From Octopus sinensis (Eukaryota): DNA of 64,000 nucleotides. The notes beneath the pieces are model-generated. The model ran no database searches. It was not told where the DNA came from and was given only the letters and a program-made list of their open reading frames with translations. Where the stretch lies: NCBI RefSeq assembly GCF_006345805.1, contig NC_043013.1, positions 40,858,001 through 40,922,000 on the forward strand, in the 5' to 3' direction. The position numbers and the translations under genes are program-made. Below are positions 40,441-53,310 of this stretch, one piece after another; position 1 is the first letter of the stretch, and each line of letters starts with the position of its first letter.

Positions 40441-41758
40441 CTCCATCGGGGTAAACCGAAGACTAAACGCTAACCAACATCACAAGTATTGAAATCGTAC
40501 TCTTATAATAATATCTGTCTATTCTGGCACTAAAGTTGCAAATGGCCAGTGGGCTTACTAAAAAAATAGCGACAGAAGCAATATTAATACCAAAAAGCAA
40601 TCTTAATCTCCAAATTGATGTGAAAATTGTTAGAACACAGGATACTGAGATATTTAACTTGAGAGGATATCTCATATGGACTTGTGGTACATATAAGCAC
40701 ACAGTTATATCAGAACTGTCAAATTATGTAATTTCTCCCTGCTATGGGTTCCTCAATGATAGGTTGCCAGTAGTGACATAACAATCTTCCAGAAATGATA
40801 TATACAATATGAATGTCTAATCAGGCATTAATGTTGCAAATAACCAGTTGACTTATTAAAAAATAATTAATAACTAATGTGGCTAAACAAAATATATATT
40901 TTAGTGGTAGACAAACATTTCAAACGAAAATTCAGGGTATGCACTGGGCAAAACCATGAGAGACAGAACATATATATATTATTATTATTATTATTATTAT
41001 TATATAAAAAATACAAACTGGGATAAGAATGCAAAACATCCAGACAGGTGATACAAAAAAAAGGGACTACAAAACATTATTCATTATTATTATTATTATT
41101 ATTATTGAATTAAAAATAAAAGTAATAATTTTAACACATGCGTGCACACACACATATACACACACACACACACATAATAAACATGATTACATATTCTGAC
41201 TATTCCAATGGATCCCAATGTAATCTTTGTATTGTCCTTTTGCACACCCTGAGGATTTTCCATCCAAGGTATTTTAAAATGCAAGACAATATATTTATAT
41301 ATGTTTTGTAGTTTTAATTTTGGTTGTGAAATGAAACAATTGTAGGTGAATATGTTAATTAATTAATTAAATTAATTTGTATCCATTAGATCTCCCTGTT
41401 TTAAAACTTAGTGGGTGGGGAATGATGTGATGACATCTGATGCATTGCTCAGTGAAGGTAGCCTCATCAGGTGATGCAATACGCTTCAAAAGTTATTGGG
41501 TTTGCATTTCGCTCCAAGTTAAATGCGTGAGTGTATGTGTGTAAACAGCCATCAGGCATAAAGATAGGAATCACACCCCAACAAAATTCTTGACTACACC
41601 GTCACACTTGACTGCCATAGTCAGCCATCAAAAGTCCCTACACACTTTACCAAACTGCTAAGTTATGGAGATGTAAATAGACCATACCAGTTGTCAAGCC
41701 ATAGTTGGGACTAACACATACACAAAGACACAAAAATATGTTAATATATATGTTTATG

Positions 41759-41836
<78 letters not shown>

Positions 41837-42153
41837 TATTATATATATATATATATATATGTTTATATATATATATATGTTTATATATAATATATGTTTA
41901 TATATATATATGTTTATATATATATATATATGTTTATATATATAAATTAGAAAAAAAACACCTTTTATCAATTCAAAATGAAAAATACACCATCTAGAAA
42001 ATTACATATACTAGAAATATTAAATATAAGATAAAAATAATATACCGATGATTAAGTAATGTGCAAAATAATAAATAAAACGTATATATTTGGTAGAATA
42101 ACAAATCTTATTCCCTGTAAGTTAGGAATAATATTCCCTCAAATTATTATTAT

Positions 42154-42189
<36 letters not shown>

Positions 42190-42191
<2 letters not shown>

Positions 42192-42480
42192 GAGGCGCAA
42201 TGGCCCAGTGGTTAGGGCAGCAGAGTCGCGGTTTCGATTCCCAGATCGGGCGTTGTGAGTGTTTATTTGAGCGAAAACACCTAAAGCTCCACGTGGCTCC
42301 GGCAGTGGGTTGTGGCGATCCCTGGTGTACTCTTTCGTCACAACTTTCTCTCACTCTTTCTTCTGTTGGCCTGCTCGCTTAGCCAGCGGGGTGGCGTCAT
42401 TTTAAGGCTAAAACAATGCGAAGCGCATTGTGACCAGCGATGTGTAGCAACATCTGATAGCCGTCATGGTGACGGTGATA
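42190..42480 (+). mobile_element. tRNA-derived SINE family D
   Basis: ggaggcgcaatggcccagtggttag..ggtttcgattccc head. Related copies at about 27693-28016(+) and 57490-57812(-). Confidence 0.8.
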
Positions 42481-42497
42481 TATATATATATATATAT

Positions 42498-45400
42498 CTC
42501 GATACTCCTACTGAACATCAGAGGACTGCAAACACTCAGTAACAGGACAAAGATCCCGTTCCTGAGAGACTTTGTTGCATGCAATCAAGCCATATGCATA
42601 GCACTTACAGAAACGCACCTGAAACCGGACATAGCAGATGCGGAGTTACACATACCACAGTATGCTGTACTACGGACCGACAGAAAGAAAGGAGTCATGG
42701 AGGTGTTGCTATGTACATCCGTGAGGACCTCACACCCCAGGTCCTCTTGTCATACTCAAACTCGGTGTGTGACACACTAATTGTACATATTAAGCAACTT
42801 GATGTAGTTGTGTGTGCTACATATCGCCCTCCAGATGCCCCAAGCCATGTGGGCAAGTTTGAAGACTACCTTATAAAAATAGGAGAAAAACTAACCACAT
42901 TAGAACACACATAGGTGTGCTTCTTATGGGAGACTTCAATCTGCCCAATGTCAGATGGCCCGAGGGCCTTTCTCTCCCAGGAATGACAAGATGTGAACGA
43001 GGACAGGCGAGGTCCCTCCTGAACCTCATCAACACCCTGTACATGGAGCAGGTAATACTCCAACCAACCAGGGCAGGTAACACACTGGATCTCTGCTTCA
43101 CAAATGACATGGATCTCATCCATAATGTGAAAGTGACACCGACACTACTCTCGGATCACAACATGATAGAGCTGACCATGTACGGGCCAAAAGAGAGCAC
43201 GGACATGCAGCCTACAAGAAACCCTCAAAATCTTTCCAGCTTGAACTACCATAAGGCAAACTGGAAACAAATTGAGAAGAGATCCTCAAACAAAACTGGC
43301 CTAAATGTCTCTCCTCGCCAGACATCGACGTGAAACTTCAACAATTCATGTCTGTAATGCAAGCCATATGCTACAAATGTGTCCCAGAGAGAAAGGCCAC
43401 TGTACACACAAACAAAATCCCCAGAGAGAGGAAAATCTTAATGAGACGGCGTACGAAATTTTCAAATCGCCTAAACAAACAGATTGAAAGCAGTGAAAAG
43501 TCCCGCCTAAAAATAAACTGTTGGAAATCGAAAAATGTCTGCAACTCTCCCATGAAAAAGAAAGAGCAGACAAAGAAGCCTGGGCTATAGAAAACATAAA
43601 ATCTAACCCCAGAGCTTTCTACAGGTATGCCAAAGAAACAGCTACAGTGCACTGTAGAATAGGGCCACTCCTCGAAAAGGATGGCACACTTACAGAAAAC
43701 CAATGAGGGTAAGTGAATACTGAATGAGCAATTCAAGAGTGTTTTCACTCCACCCCTTGGGCATCTCCAAATCACCAATCCAACTGACTTTTTTACCACT
43801 GCAGATATAAAATCAGAGGCGGCGACGATAGATTACATCGATATAAAGGAAGACGATGTAACCAAGGCTATAGATGAAATGGAAACAGACTCAGCTACTG
43901 GCCCCGATGGATTCCCGGCAATCCTCCTAAAAGCATGTAAGAGAGTCCTAGCAAGACCACTGCAGTTCCTCTTTCAGAGCTTCCTTGCAGCTGGCAAACT
44001 TCAGGAAAACTAAAGGAAGGTAAAATATGCCCCCTTCATAAGGAGGTAGCAGAGCGGAAGCCAAGAACTATAGACCTATCTCTCTGACCTCACACATCAG
44101 CAAGGTCATGGAACGAATAGTCAGAAGGAAGCTGATCACCTTCCTTGAAGAGAATGACTTGCTGCCCGACACCCACATGGTTTCCGACCAGGGAGAAGCT
44201 GTTTAACTCAGCTCCTACAACACTATGACTGGGTGCTGAAACACGGCTGCTCAACACTCAAATGTGGAAGTGATATATCTCGACTTTGCAAAGGCCTTTG
44301 ATAAAGTCGATCATGGAATGATATGTCACAAACTGCGTGATCTCAACATAGTTGGAAAACTGGGAGAATGGCTTCATGACTTTCTGAAGGATAGAAGTCA
44401 GGTGGTAGTAGCCAATGGGGCCACCTCCATTAACACACAAATAGTGAGCGGTGTTCCGCAGGGCACTGTTCTGGGACCACACTGTTCATAATGCCCTCTC
44501 AGACATGCCCTCAGCCACGCAGAGAGCCACGATCACAAGTTATGCAGATGATACAAAAGTTTCACAGGCAATACAGAACCCTGAGGACACTAAACACCTG
44601 CAATGTGAGCTGGACGAAATATACAAGTGGGCTGAAAAGAATAGCATGCAGTTCAATGCTGGAAAGTTTCAAGCTTTATACTATCAGCATGCAAAACTGA
44701 ATGCAATACCCAATGAATACACTGGACCCGGAGGGATTGCAATCCCAGAGGCACAATCAGTGCGTGACCTAGGTATTCACATGAGTGATGACGCGACCTT
44801 TCGTGTACATGTTGCTAAATTGGCAATGAAATGTAGACGACTGGCCGGATGGATCCTCAGAACCTTTAGAACAAGAGAACAAGAAACCATGATGGTCCTC
44901 TGGAGGACACTTGTCCTAAGCCACTTTGACTACTGCTCTAAGTTATGGTCACCATCCAGTGTCAAGTTGATCACAGAACTTGAGGCGACCCAACGAAGCT
45001 ACACAAAGAAGATAGCCTCTATGCAGAATGTAAGCTACTGGGAAAGACTCAAGAGATTAAAATTATATTCCCTGGAGCGTAGGCGGGAAAGATATGCCAT
45101 AAATACATCTGGAAGATCCTGGAGGGAATGTCCTGAACTTTGGCATTGAGAGTTACGCAAATGCCAGAACTGGGCGCCACTGCGTGGTGCCTAGGACTCC
45201 AAACCTGCCATCAAGATGTAGGACAAGATTCTGTGATAGCCTGGGCTTCCGAGGCCCCCAGCTCTTCAAATCCTCCCGAAGAACCTGAGAGACCTGCATG
45301 GGGTGGATACGATGTCTTTAAAATGAAGCTGGATCTCTTCCTGTCAGGTGTCCCAGATGAACCAACTTCACGGCAGGAGGGGCAGATGAGGGCAGCTGCA

Positions 45401-45540
45401 TCGAACTCTCTCATGCACCAAATAGCAGTTGCTAGAAAGCCTCCATGAAGTGAAACCAAGTAGCAACACCAAATGGCGGTGCCCCAGCATGGCCACAGCT
45501 CATAAGCTGAAACTAGAATCAATCAATCAATCAATCAATC
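42498..45540 (+). mobile_element. CR1/L2-group LINE: APE endonuclease plus RT in several frameshifted pieces, (TCAA)n tail
   Basis: LLLNIRGL..ALTETHL, YRPPD, MGDFNLP, GNTLDL, LSDHN, YLDFAKAFDKVDH, SGVPQGTVLGP, YADDTK, VRDLG and LYSLERRRERY. Ends in tcaatcaatc repeats at 45519-45540. Confidence 0.92.
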
Positions 45541-45602
45541 ATATATATACTTCAATTTATATATATGTATATATATATTATATATATAATATATACTTCA
45601 AT

Positions 45603-45635
<33 letters not shown>

Positions 45636-45979
45636 CTTCAATTTATATATATATATATATAAGTAAAATCACACAGTTGAACAAAATTTTTGAAGCAGTT
45701 TTATAAAGCTGAATGTTTTCCCAGTCACCATTCTTTGCTTGAATCCAAGAAAACTTACTTATTTCCTGGGGTTTTTTTTCCATGATAGATTATCAGGATT
45801 AAAGAACGTGAAGACACAAATGGGCAAATACAAACACACACCCATACAATTATCTTCTGTAGTCTTCACCAACTAGTTTCATTCACAAGGCATTACTCAG
45901 CCTGAGGCTACAGAACACACCCATAGGAACTGAAACCACCCAGTTCTAAAGCAAACTTCTCAACTATACAACGTCTGCT

Positions 45980-46015
<36 letters not shown>

Positions 46016-47289
46016 TATATATATATGAAAATAGAATTTACAAGATTCTTTATTATTCACTACAAGGTGTATACCCAAATATAAAATTATTACACACATA
46101 TATCACACACACACACATAGACAGTAATTACTCATTTATAAGTTACACCCATGTCACAAAATATTTTTTACCTTCCTAGTTTTAGCATTACCCCATGCAT
46201 AAAATACATTCCAGTACTTTTCATCTAAAACTCAAGTAAAAAATGATGTAACTTATACTGAAGTAAATATGTGTATACAGGTTGCTGAGGAGGACATTTG
46301 AATCATCAGCTGCCAATTAGAAATTACAATAATTTCAGCACCTTCCAAAAGTATTGCTCCCTCCAATGGTGTATTGATACAGCCAAGAAATGTCTTGGTT
46401 CTTTTGACGCATACTGTAGCATGATTCCTCCCACTCTGTTATTTTGGTACCCATGCAATAACCATGCTAAACCTGGAGCAGTTGTAATCAATCCAGTTCT
46501 ACAGCAACTAAGTCATTTTGCCATTTGCTGAAACTAGTTTTCTTTTCACTCATGTGTATCTACCATATCCATGTTGGCTGATAATTTGCTTCTCTTTATT
46601 AATTCATGAATCACTGTACTTCTATCCTGTTTTCCAAGACCAATGCCAGCTAGATAGGAGATTGTGGATCTAGCTACAAACCCAGGACCTCCCAATCTAC
46701 TGGAAGATTGTCCAATATTCTCTTTATACTTCTCAAAAGTCCCTAATGCACCATATTTCAGTCCTTTTCTTTTATGTGTCCACTTCCTATTGTACTCTAG
46801 ACACTATCAGACCATACCATAAAGTCAGAGTGTTGTTTTGTTATTGCAATATATTTCGAATTTTAGCACAAGGCCATCAATTTTGGAGGAGGTGAGGTCA
46901 ATGACAACTCCAGTATGCAACTGGTACTTATTTTATCAACCTTGAAAAAGATGATAGGCAAAGTCAACCCTGGGAGCATATGAACTCAGAACATAAAGAC
47001 AGACGAAATACCATGACGCATTTTGTCTGGCATGCTAATGGTCCTGCCATCTCACCTTTATTGCAATATAATAATGAGATCTGCAGTGTCACTCCACCTG
47101 ACCATGTTTAACACACACTGGAGATCGCTGCTCATTGTGCGCCAATCTCAGAAAGAATTGTAACCGTCTTGTTCTATTTTTCCCCAACATGCTACACAGT
47201 AGCTTTATCTGCTTAGATATCACCCATACCACTTGTGCACATTCGCTACTCAAACCTACCTTTCCCTCTTTAATATGACAAATTTCTTT

Positions 47290-47700
47290 GAATGCACTAC
47301 CTCTCACTTTCTAGAGGTCTGGCAAGGAGCTGAATCATGCTGCTAGACATATGGCTTTCTAGCAAGGGTTTGACCAGAGTCTCCAACAGCTTCACATAGC
47401 TGTCTGAACTGAGCCTAAAGCCCTTTTCAGAGATGTGGGGTGGCATGACATCGTTCTCACTAGAGACACAATCAAAGATTATCACAGTTTGGGGGTGTAC
47501 TCAGTTTCTGTGGTATCCATATCAGGTCTTACAGCCTTTAGCGTTAAGCAGCAGTCATGATGTTGGCTGGCTTTTTGATAACCAGCTCGAACCATCATGA
47601 TACAGGTATTTCTTTTCCAATATTCAGATGACTTCCAGTCCACCATGTCAACTAACTTTTTCTTAACTACAACTTCAATCTTTATGCTCTCCAACACTGT
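47290..47700 (-). mobile_element. Second remnant of the same maT-like family
   Basis: Shares acagcttc.catag..tctgaa.tgagcctaaagccc..ttcagagatgtgg with 20589-20642. Confidence 0.6.
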
Positions 47701-48419
47701 TGACTGTTCCCTAATACATCAAGCTATTTTTGAATAAATAGATTTTTGTAACTTGAGACACTGCTCATCACCCAAGCTGTTCTTGAAAGAAATAGACATA
47801 AAATTCATCAAATTTAACCCAAATAACTGGTATATCCAAGAATAGCCCATTCAACTGCAAAAAGTTCCAATGCTATGTGTTTAAAAAAGGTTTCAATTTT
47901 TAACCCTTTTCTTATTTTATTTCTATTGAAAGAACAATGCTTTTACAGTGGGACCTCAGTTTATGAATTTAATTCCTTCCTGAAGGACATTTGTCACCTG
48001 AAATATTTGCAAATCAAAACCGTTTTCCCCATAGGAAACTTAAGAGCAAATGCAACAAATTTGAGCAGTGATGTGCACTGAAGGAAAGCTAGACGACATC
48101 TGACCCTCTTCTGGCTCACACTCTCAGTTTGCCATCAACCATTGTTGCTGTTTTGCATGTTTGTAACTTGAGACACCGCTCATCACCTGAGATGTTTTAT
48201 GTTAAAAAGATTGTCATAAACTAATTTGTTCATGAGAGATGTTTGTAAACTGATGTTCCATTGTATTACATTTAAATTTTAAAAATAATTGTTGAAAAAT
48301 AACGAGGAATGTAATAAAATAACTTTGTCATTATCAAAAGGTTATCTTAAACATAAATTAACATCATGTTTTGAAGAGGTCATTTTAAAATAGGGAATTT
48401 ATATCATAGATTAAGAGGC

Positions 48420-49140
48420 AGTCTTGGATGGGTTGATATTAAAGGGATTAATTCTACTCTCAGAGTGAAAGGCAGATTGTGTGGTGCCAGTGTATGTACT
48501 ACTGTGTTACATGGCAGTCAAACATGGGCTTTGATGACAGAGGACTTACAAAAGCTTGAAAGAAATGAAGCTAGGTGGCGAGCTGGCAGAAACGTTAGCA
48601 CACCGGATGAAATGCTTTGTGGTATTTTGTCTGCTGTTACGTTCTGAGATCAAATTCCGCCGAGGTGAATTGTGCCGTTCATCTTTATGGGATCGATAAA
48701 TTAAGTACCAGTTACGCACTGGGGTCGATATAATCGACTTAATCCGTTTGTCTGTCCTTGTTTGTCCCCTCTGTGTGTAGCCCCTTGTGGGCAGTAAAGA
48801 AATAAGAAATGAAGCTAGCATGTTCCGCTGGATGGGTAATGTCAGTGTGCATGCATGACAGAGTGAAAAGTAATTAAGAGGAAAACTGGGTATAAGAGGC
48901 ATCAGGTGTTGTGTGCAAGAGAGAAAACTGCTGGTTTGGTCATGAGATGCATATGGATGAGGACAGCTGTATAAAGTGCCCAACTCTAATTGTGGAGGGT
49001 ACCTGTGGAAGTGGTATACTCAGAAAGACATGAGATGAAGTGATGAGAAAGGATCTTCGGATGCTGGGCCTCATTGACGAAATGACAAGGGACTGGGAGG
49101 TGTGGCGATTTGCTGTACTTGATGTGATATGTCAAGCTAA
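48420..49140 (+). mobile_element. RTE-clade LINE 3' fragment interrupted by a SINE
   Basis: VKGRLCGASVCTTVLHGSQTWALMTEDLQKLERNEAS continues as MFRWMG after the SINE at 48575-48803. Confidence 0.72.
48575..48803 (+). mobile_element. SINE family C with a 15-bp target-site duplication
   Basis: gagctggcagaaacgttagcac..gttctgag.tcaaattcc body, flanked by aagaaatgaagctag at 48560-48574 and 48804-48818. Other copies at about 8625-8850, 10548-10775, 19732-19945(-), 20915-21130, 23165-23365(-), 34535-34760 and 46860-47060(-). Confidence 0.85.
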
Positions 49141-50825
49141 GTGAAATTGCTGTCTTCCACACATACAAGCTTGTCCTTTCAGGTGCTGGTGTCACTTAAA
49201 AAGCAGCCATCCCAGTGCTGCATTAGTGCCCCTGTGCCAGTGCCACCTAAACGCACTCGTGCCAGTGACACGTAAACAACACCTAGCACACTTTAAGTGG
49301 TTGGCATTAGGAAGGGCATCCAACCATAGAAACCATGCCATAACATACAGTTGGAGTCTGGACTGCTCCCTGCTAGCCAGCTCCATCTCAAACCGTCCAA
49401 CCCATACCAGTGTGGAGAGCGGACGTTAAATGATGATGATCCTAAAATTGACTATATGTATCATCAAAAGTTATAATAATAACATTTTTATGTTTTCTGG
49501 GTTTTTTCTCAAAACTTTCTAGGTTAGATCATGAAATTATGCTACACATTTCAGTAATCAGCACTTGAAAGACCAGTCAGGTCTTGCTGTTCTTAGTAGC
49601 TTGCCTCTTTTTCTAACAGGTTGCATTGTATTTCAAGCATGAATTTGCAGTCGGTCTAGGTAGGATATGTTGTTGTCATATAATATATTACAATGCAATT
49701 TTTATAGTCTTCTCATACGATACTGATGCCATTGCAAACCTACAAGTGTCACATTTTTTCTTGTTACATGGCAGACTGAGTGAAAAAACAAGTGCGTGAC
49801 TGATTGAGCGTGTGTGTGTATGTGTATGTTTTTATTTTTAGTTTTAGCTCTAAACCAATCTGTAGATCAGTAACAAAATATTGTGTATTAATTACTGCAA
49901 CCCTCTTAATAACTGCTGTCTCACAATTTTATCCTGCTAGTGGTAGCAATAGTGGTGGTGGTATGTTTTCTTTGATTTTATCTATATCCATCCATCCATC
50001 CAATCTATCAGTCCGTCCATCCATCCGTCCGTCCATCTATCTATCTACCTACCTACCTGTCTGTCTGTCTATCAATCTATCTATCTATCTATCTACCAAT
50101 CTATCTATCTATCTGTCTACCAATCTATCTATCTACCTATCTATCTACCAATCTATCTACCAATCTATCTACCAATCTATCTATCTATCTGTCAATCCCA
50201 ATTTTATTTACATCCATGCTCTATAGGAACACTAAGTCATCTCCAATGCTTTCAATAACTGATACAAAACGGAAAAAAGAAAGAGTAGACCTCAGCAGGA
50301 TTTGAACTTGGAACATAAAGTGTCAAAACTAATTCGTGCAAGTAGTAGCAGTAGTGGTGAATATGAACATGGTGGTAGTAGTGAATGGCAGAGGTGGTAG
50401 TAGTAGTCATGGTGATGGTGTTAGTAAGTAGTTGTGGTAATAGTTTTAGTGACAATGGTGGTAGTAGTGGTGGTGGTATAGTGGTATTAACAGTGTGGTG
50501 GTTATGATGATATATGCACTACTGTTTACATGGTGGTGGCGGAGTAGTAGTAGTAGCAGTAATGGATGGTAGATAGGTTGATAGTGGTGGCAGTATTAAT
50601 GGTGGTGTTAGTAGTGTTGGTGATAGTGGTTGAAGTGGCAGTAATAGCCGTAGTGGTAATAGTAGTAAATAAACATACCCAATATCATTCTCACACACTA
50701 AAATTAGTTGTAGGTGTGGAGCAGCCAATGTAATTCCTCCACTCATCACTTCAAACACAAACACACACATACATATGTAAGCATTAATTACAAATTTCAC
50801 TACATAAATATATATATGCATATAT

Positions 50826-50881
<56 letters not shown>

Positions 50882-50978
50882 ATATATACAAATACACATA
50901 TACATATAAATATATATATATATAATATATATGCACATATATACAAATACACATATACATATAAATATATATATGCAC

Positions 50979-51009
<31 letters not shown>

Positions 51010-51010
51010 C

Positions 51011-53310
51011 CGGAGTAACACATAAATGTGAAACAAGTTGAAAAAAGAGTACTCAAATACCAGTGGTAGAGTAATATGCTTTATTTTAAGCAGCAGAAAA
51101 TTCAACAAAATCTGTTACTCTGAGTTTCTCGTTGCCGTTCATCAGACAGTTTTTGCTAGAATGGAACATATATATTAATTCAATCTATACTCTTACAAAC
51201 GCTACACCTTTAAAAGAAATGGACTTGTTTGATTGGCCCTTTAGAAAAAACGGTCAATCTTCGAGCGATAAACAAAAAGGTCAAAAATATATGTATATAT
51301 ATAAAAAAACTTATAAAAATTATAAAAATTATAAAATCCGAGGAAAAACCGAGAAAACCTATTGCCGTTAATGAAGACAGTACAAATTAATGCATAGAAA
51401 TTAAACCTGTTATAAATACTGCAATACATATTTATATTAAAATCCACAATATATATCAACATACACAAAAGGATGCGCGTAAACGCCATACATACATATA
51501 CAGACGTATGAATATGAATCTAAATTATACACAAAAAAGCATGTGTACATATATTCACGCAAACCGTCTCGCACGCAGCTAAAATTCATCTATGTAGCAA
51601 TTCTCATATACTGAGCAAGGAGGGGGACGAAAGAAAGGGAAAGAGAGAAAAAGGAACGAAAGAGGGGTGGGGGGGAACTTGTAGCGATGTTATTGGCATC
51701 TATAGAGGCCAGTATACATACACAAGTTTGAATTGATACATATACATACCGTCGTGTGTATGCGTGCTTAAGCACAAGCATACTTTCACTTACACATACA
51801 CAGATACGCATGCTTACAAATACATATGCTTTGCTATACACAAACTTATATAAACATTCTAAATTTGACAACATTGCTTTTTTTAAAAAAAACATTGCTT
51901 TTAAAAAATGGGTGCATTAATAAAAATATATACGAAAGACATATAAAATAAAATATAACATCCTATTTTGGGTCATTATAAATAATCAAGGTAATATAAA
52001 TAATCAAGGTAATCCTATGCAATACAATAACATGAAAACAAAGTTTGTAGGTTTTTCCTAATATATATGTAGAAACAATAAGACTTTGCTATAGATCCGT
52101 CGTAGCGCTTAAGAGTCAAAATCAAAATCAAAAATCAAAATACAAAATATATACTCTATCCATATGGTATATTTATATTCGACATTTTAAATTTAGCCGC
52201 GTGCCTACATAAGTTCATTACTCACTTCTTTGATTCAAAGAATTATTGTCTTTGAATAATATGTGCATTTTTTCTAATAAGCAAGCTTGCACTTGAAATT
52301 ATATTTGTAAGCTCCATGCCTGTATGGTGCCGCCCTGTCCAGAATGCTCCATGTCACGTTGAAAGGTGGGGCTTCCTTTTCTTTTAGTTCCCAGACATAT
52401 TTTGCTAGGCTGGTTTTCTTCCTATTCTCTGGGTATTTAAAAGAATTCTTATGAGAATAAAATCTTGTTTTAAATGAATTTTCTGAAGCCCCTGTGTATG
52501 TCTTGTATTCCGATGAGCCTTCCACTTGCACCTTGGCTCTATAAACTACTCCTCCTTCACTAGACATTTCCCTTCTAACGGACAGGAGCTTTCGTTTTTA
52601 CAATTACATTTCTTAATGGGCTCGGCACCATGTCTAATCCAATTAGCTTCCTATTATGTTGGCTAATGTAAGAGGCGAAATTTCTGCAACAAGAATAGCT
52701 AACCTTCAGGGTTCTTCTATTAAATATTCTGTAGAATTTATGACCCTGCTTAAAATGCTTAGAGACTATCTCAAAAATTCCTTACCTATAGTCTTTTACG
52801 GCCAAATTGAAAGCCGGGTTAAACCACAAAACTTTCCTGGTCCTAGTTCTTCGTGCAGCATTATTTTAGCATTAAGCTGGTTGAACTGGATCTTCTCCGG
52901 GAATCCACTATTCTTTAATGCGCTATCGTAATAAGGTGCAGCATTATGGAATGCTGCCTCGTCCGAAGAAATTGAAGATATTCTTCTACCTACATTGCTG
53001 ACTAAGTTGCTAAGGATAACTGGTGGATGGTTCGAATCTTTGCTAATATACGATAGCTTTTCATTGGGCTTACGGAAAGGTTTAAATCTATCCGATCTTA
53101 CATTAAAATTTACGTCTAAAAAATCTACACTATTCAGGTTAGTATCTATCGTAATCGTAAGCCCATCCTTTGAAGAAAGCTATAAGGTCCTTCCTAAGTC
53201 TATCTGATTCATGGCCGTTTAGATTATCGTGGCTATAAGGCCGTCATCCCTATAGACCTGCATCTATAAATGGGAATTCTATTTTTAGATTATGGAGAAT
53301 AAAGGCTCCT
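51011..53310 (-). mobile_element. Penelope-like element, inverted 3' copy (partial RT, GIY-YIG endonuclease, 3' region)
   Basis: 51079-53310 is the reverse complement of 54145-56392. ORF 52274-52567 has GVVYRAKV..YKTYTGASENSFKTRFYSHK, a GIY-YIG-type domain. Confidence 0.88.
51107..51154 (-). ncRNA. Minimal hammerhead ribozyme motif, second copy, sense to the myosin pre-mRNA
   Basis: Reverse complement of 56318-56364 with the same core. Confidence 0.72.

Noticed and set aside
46290-46820. Possible decayed LINE fragment on the minus strand
   Set aside because: Only vague similarity across mixed frames; no motif strong enough to call.
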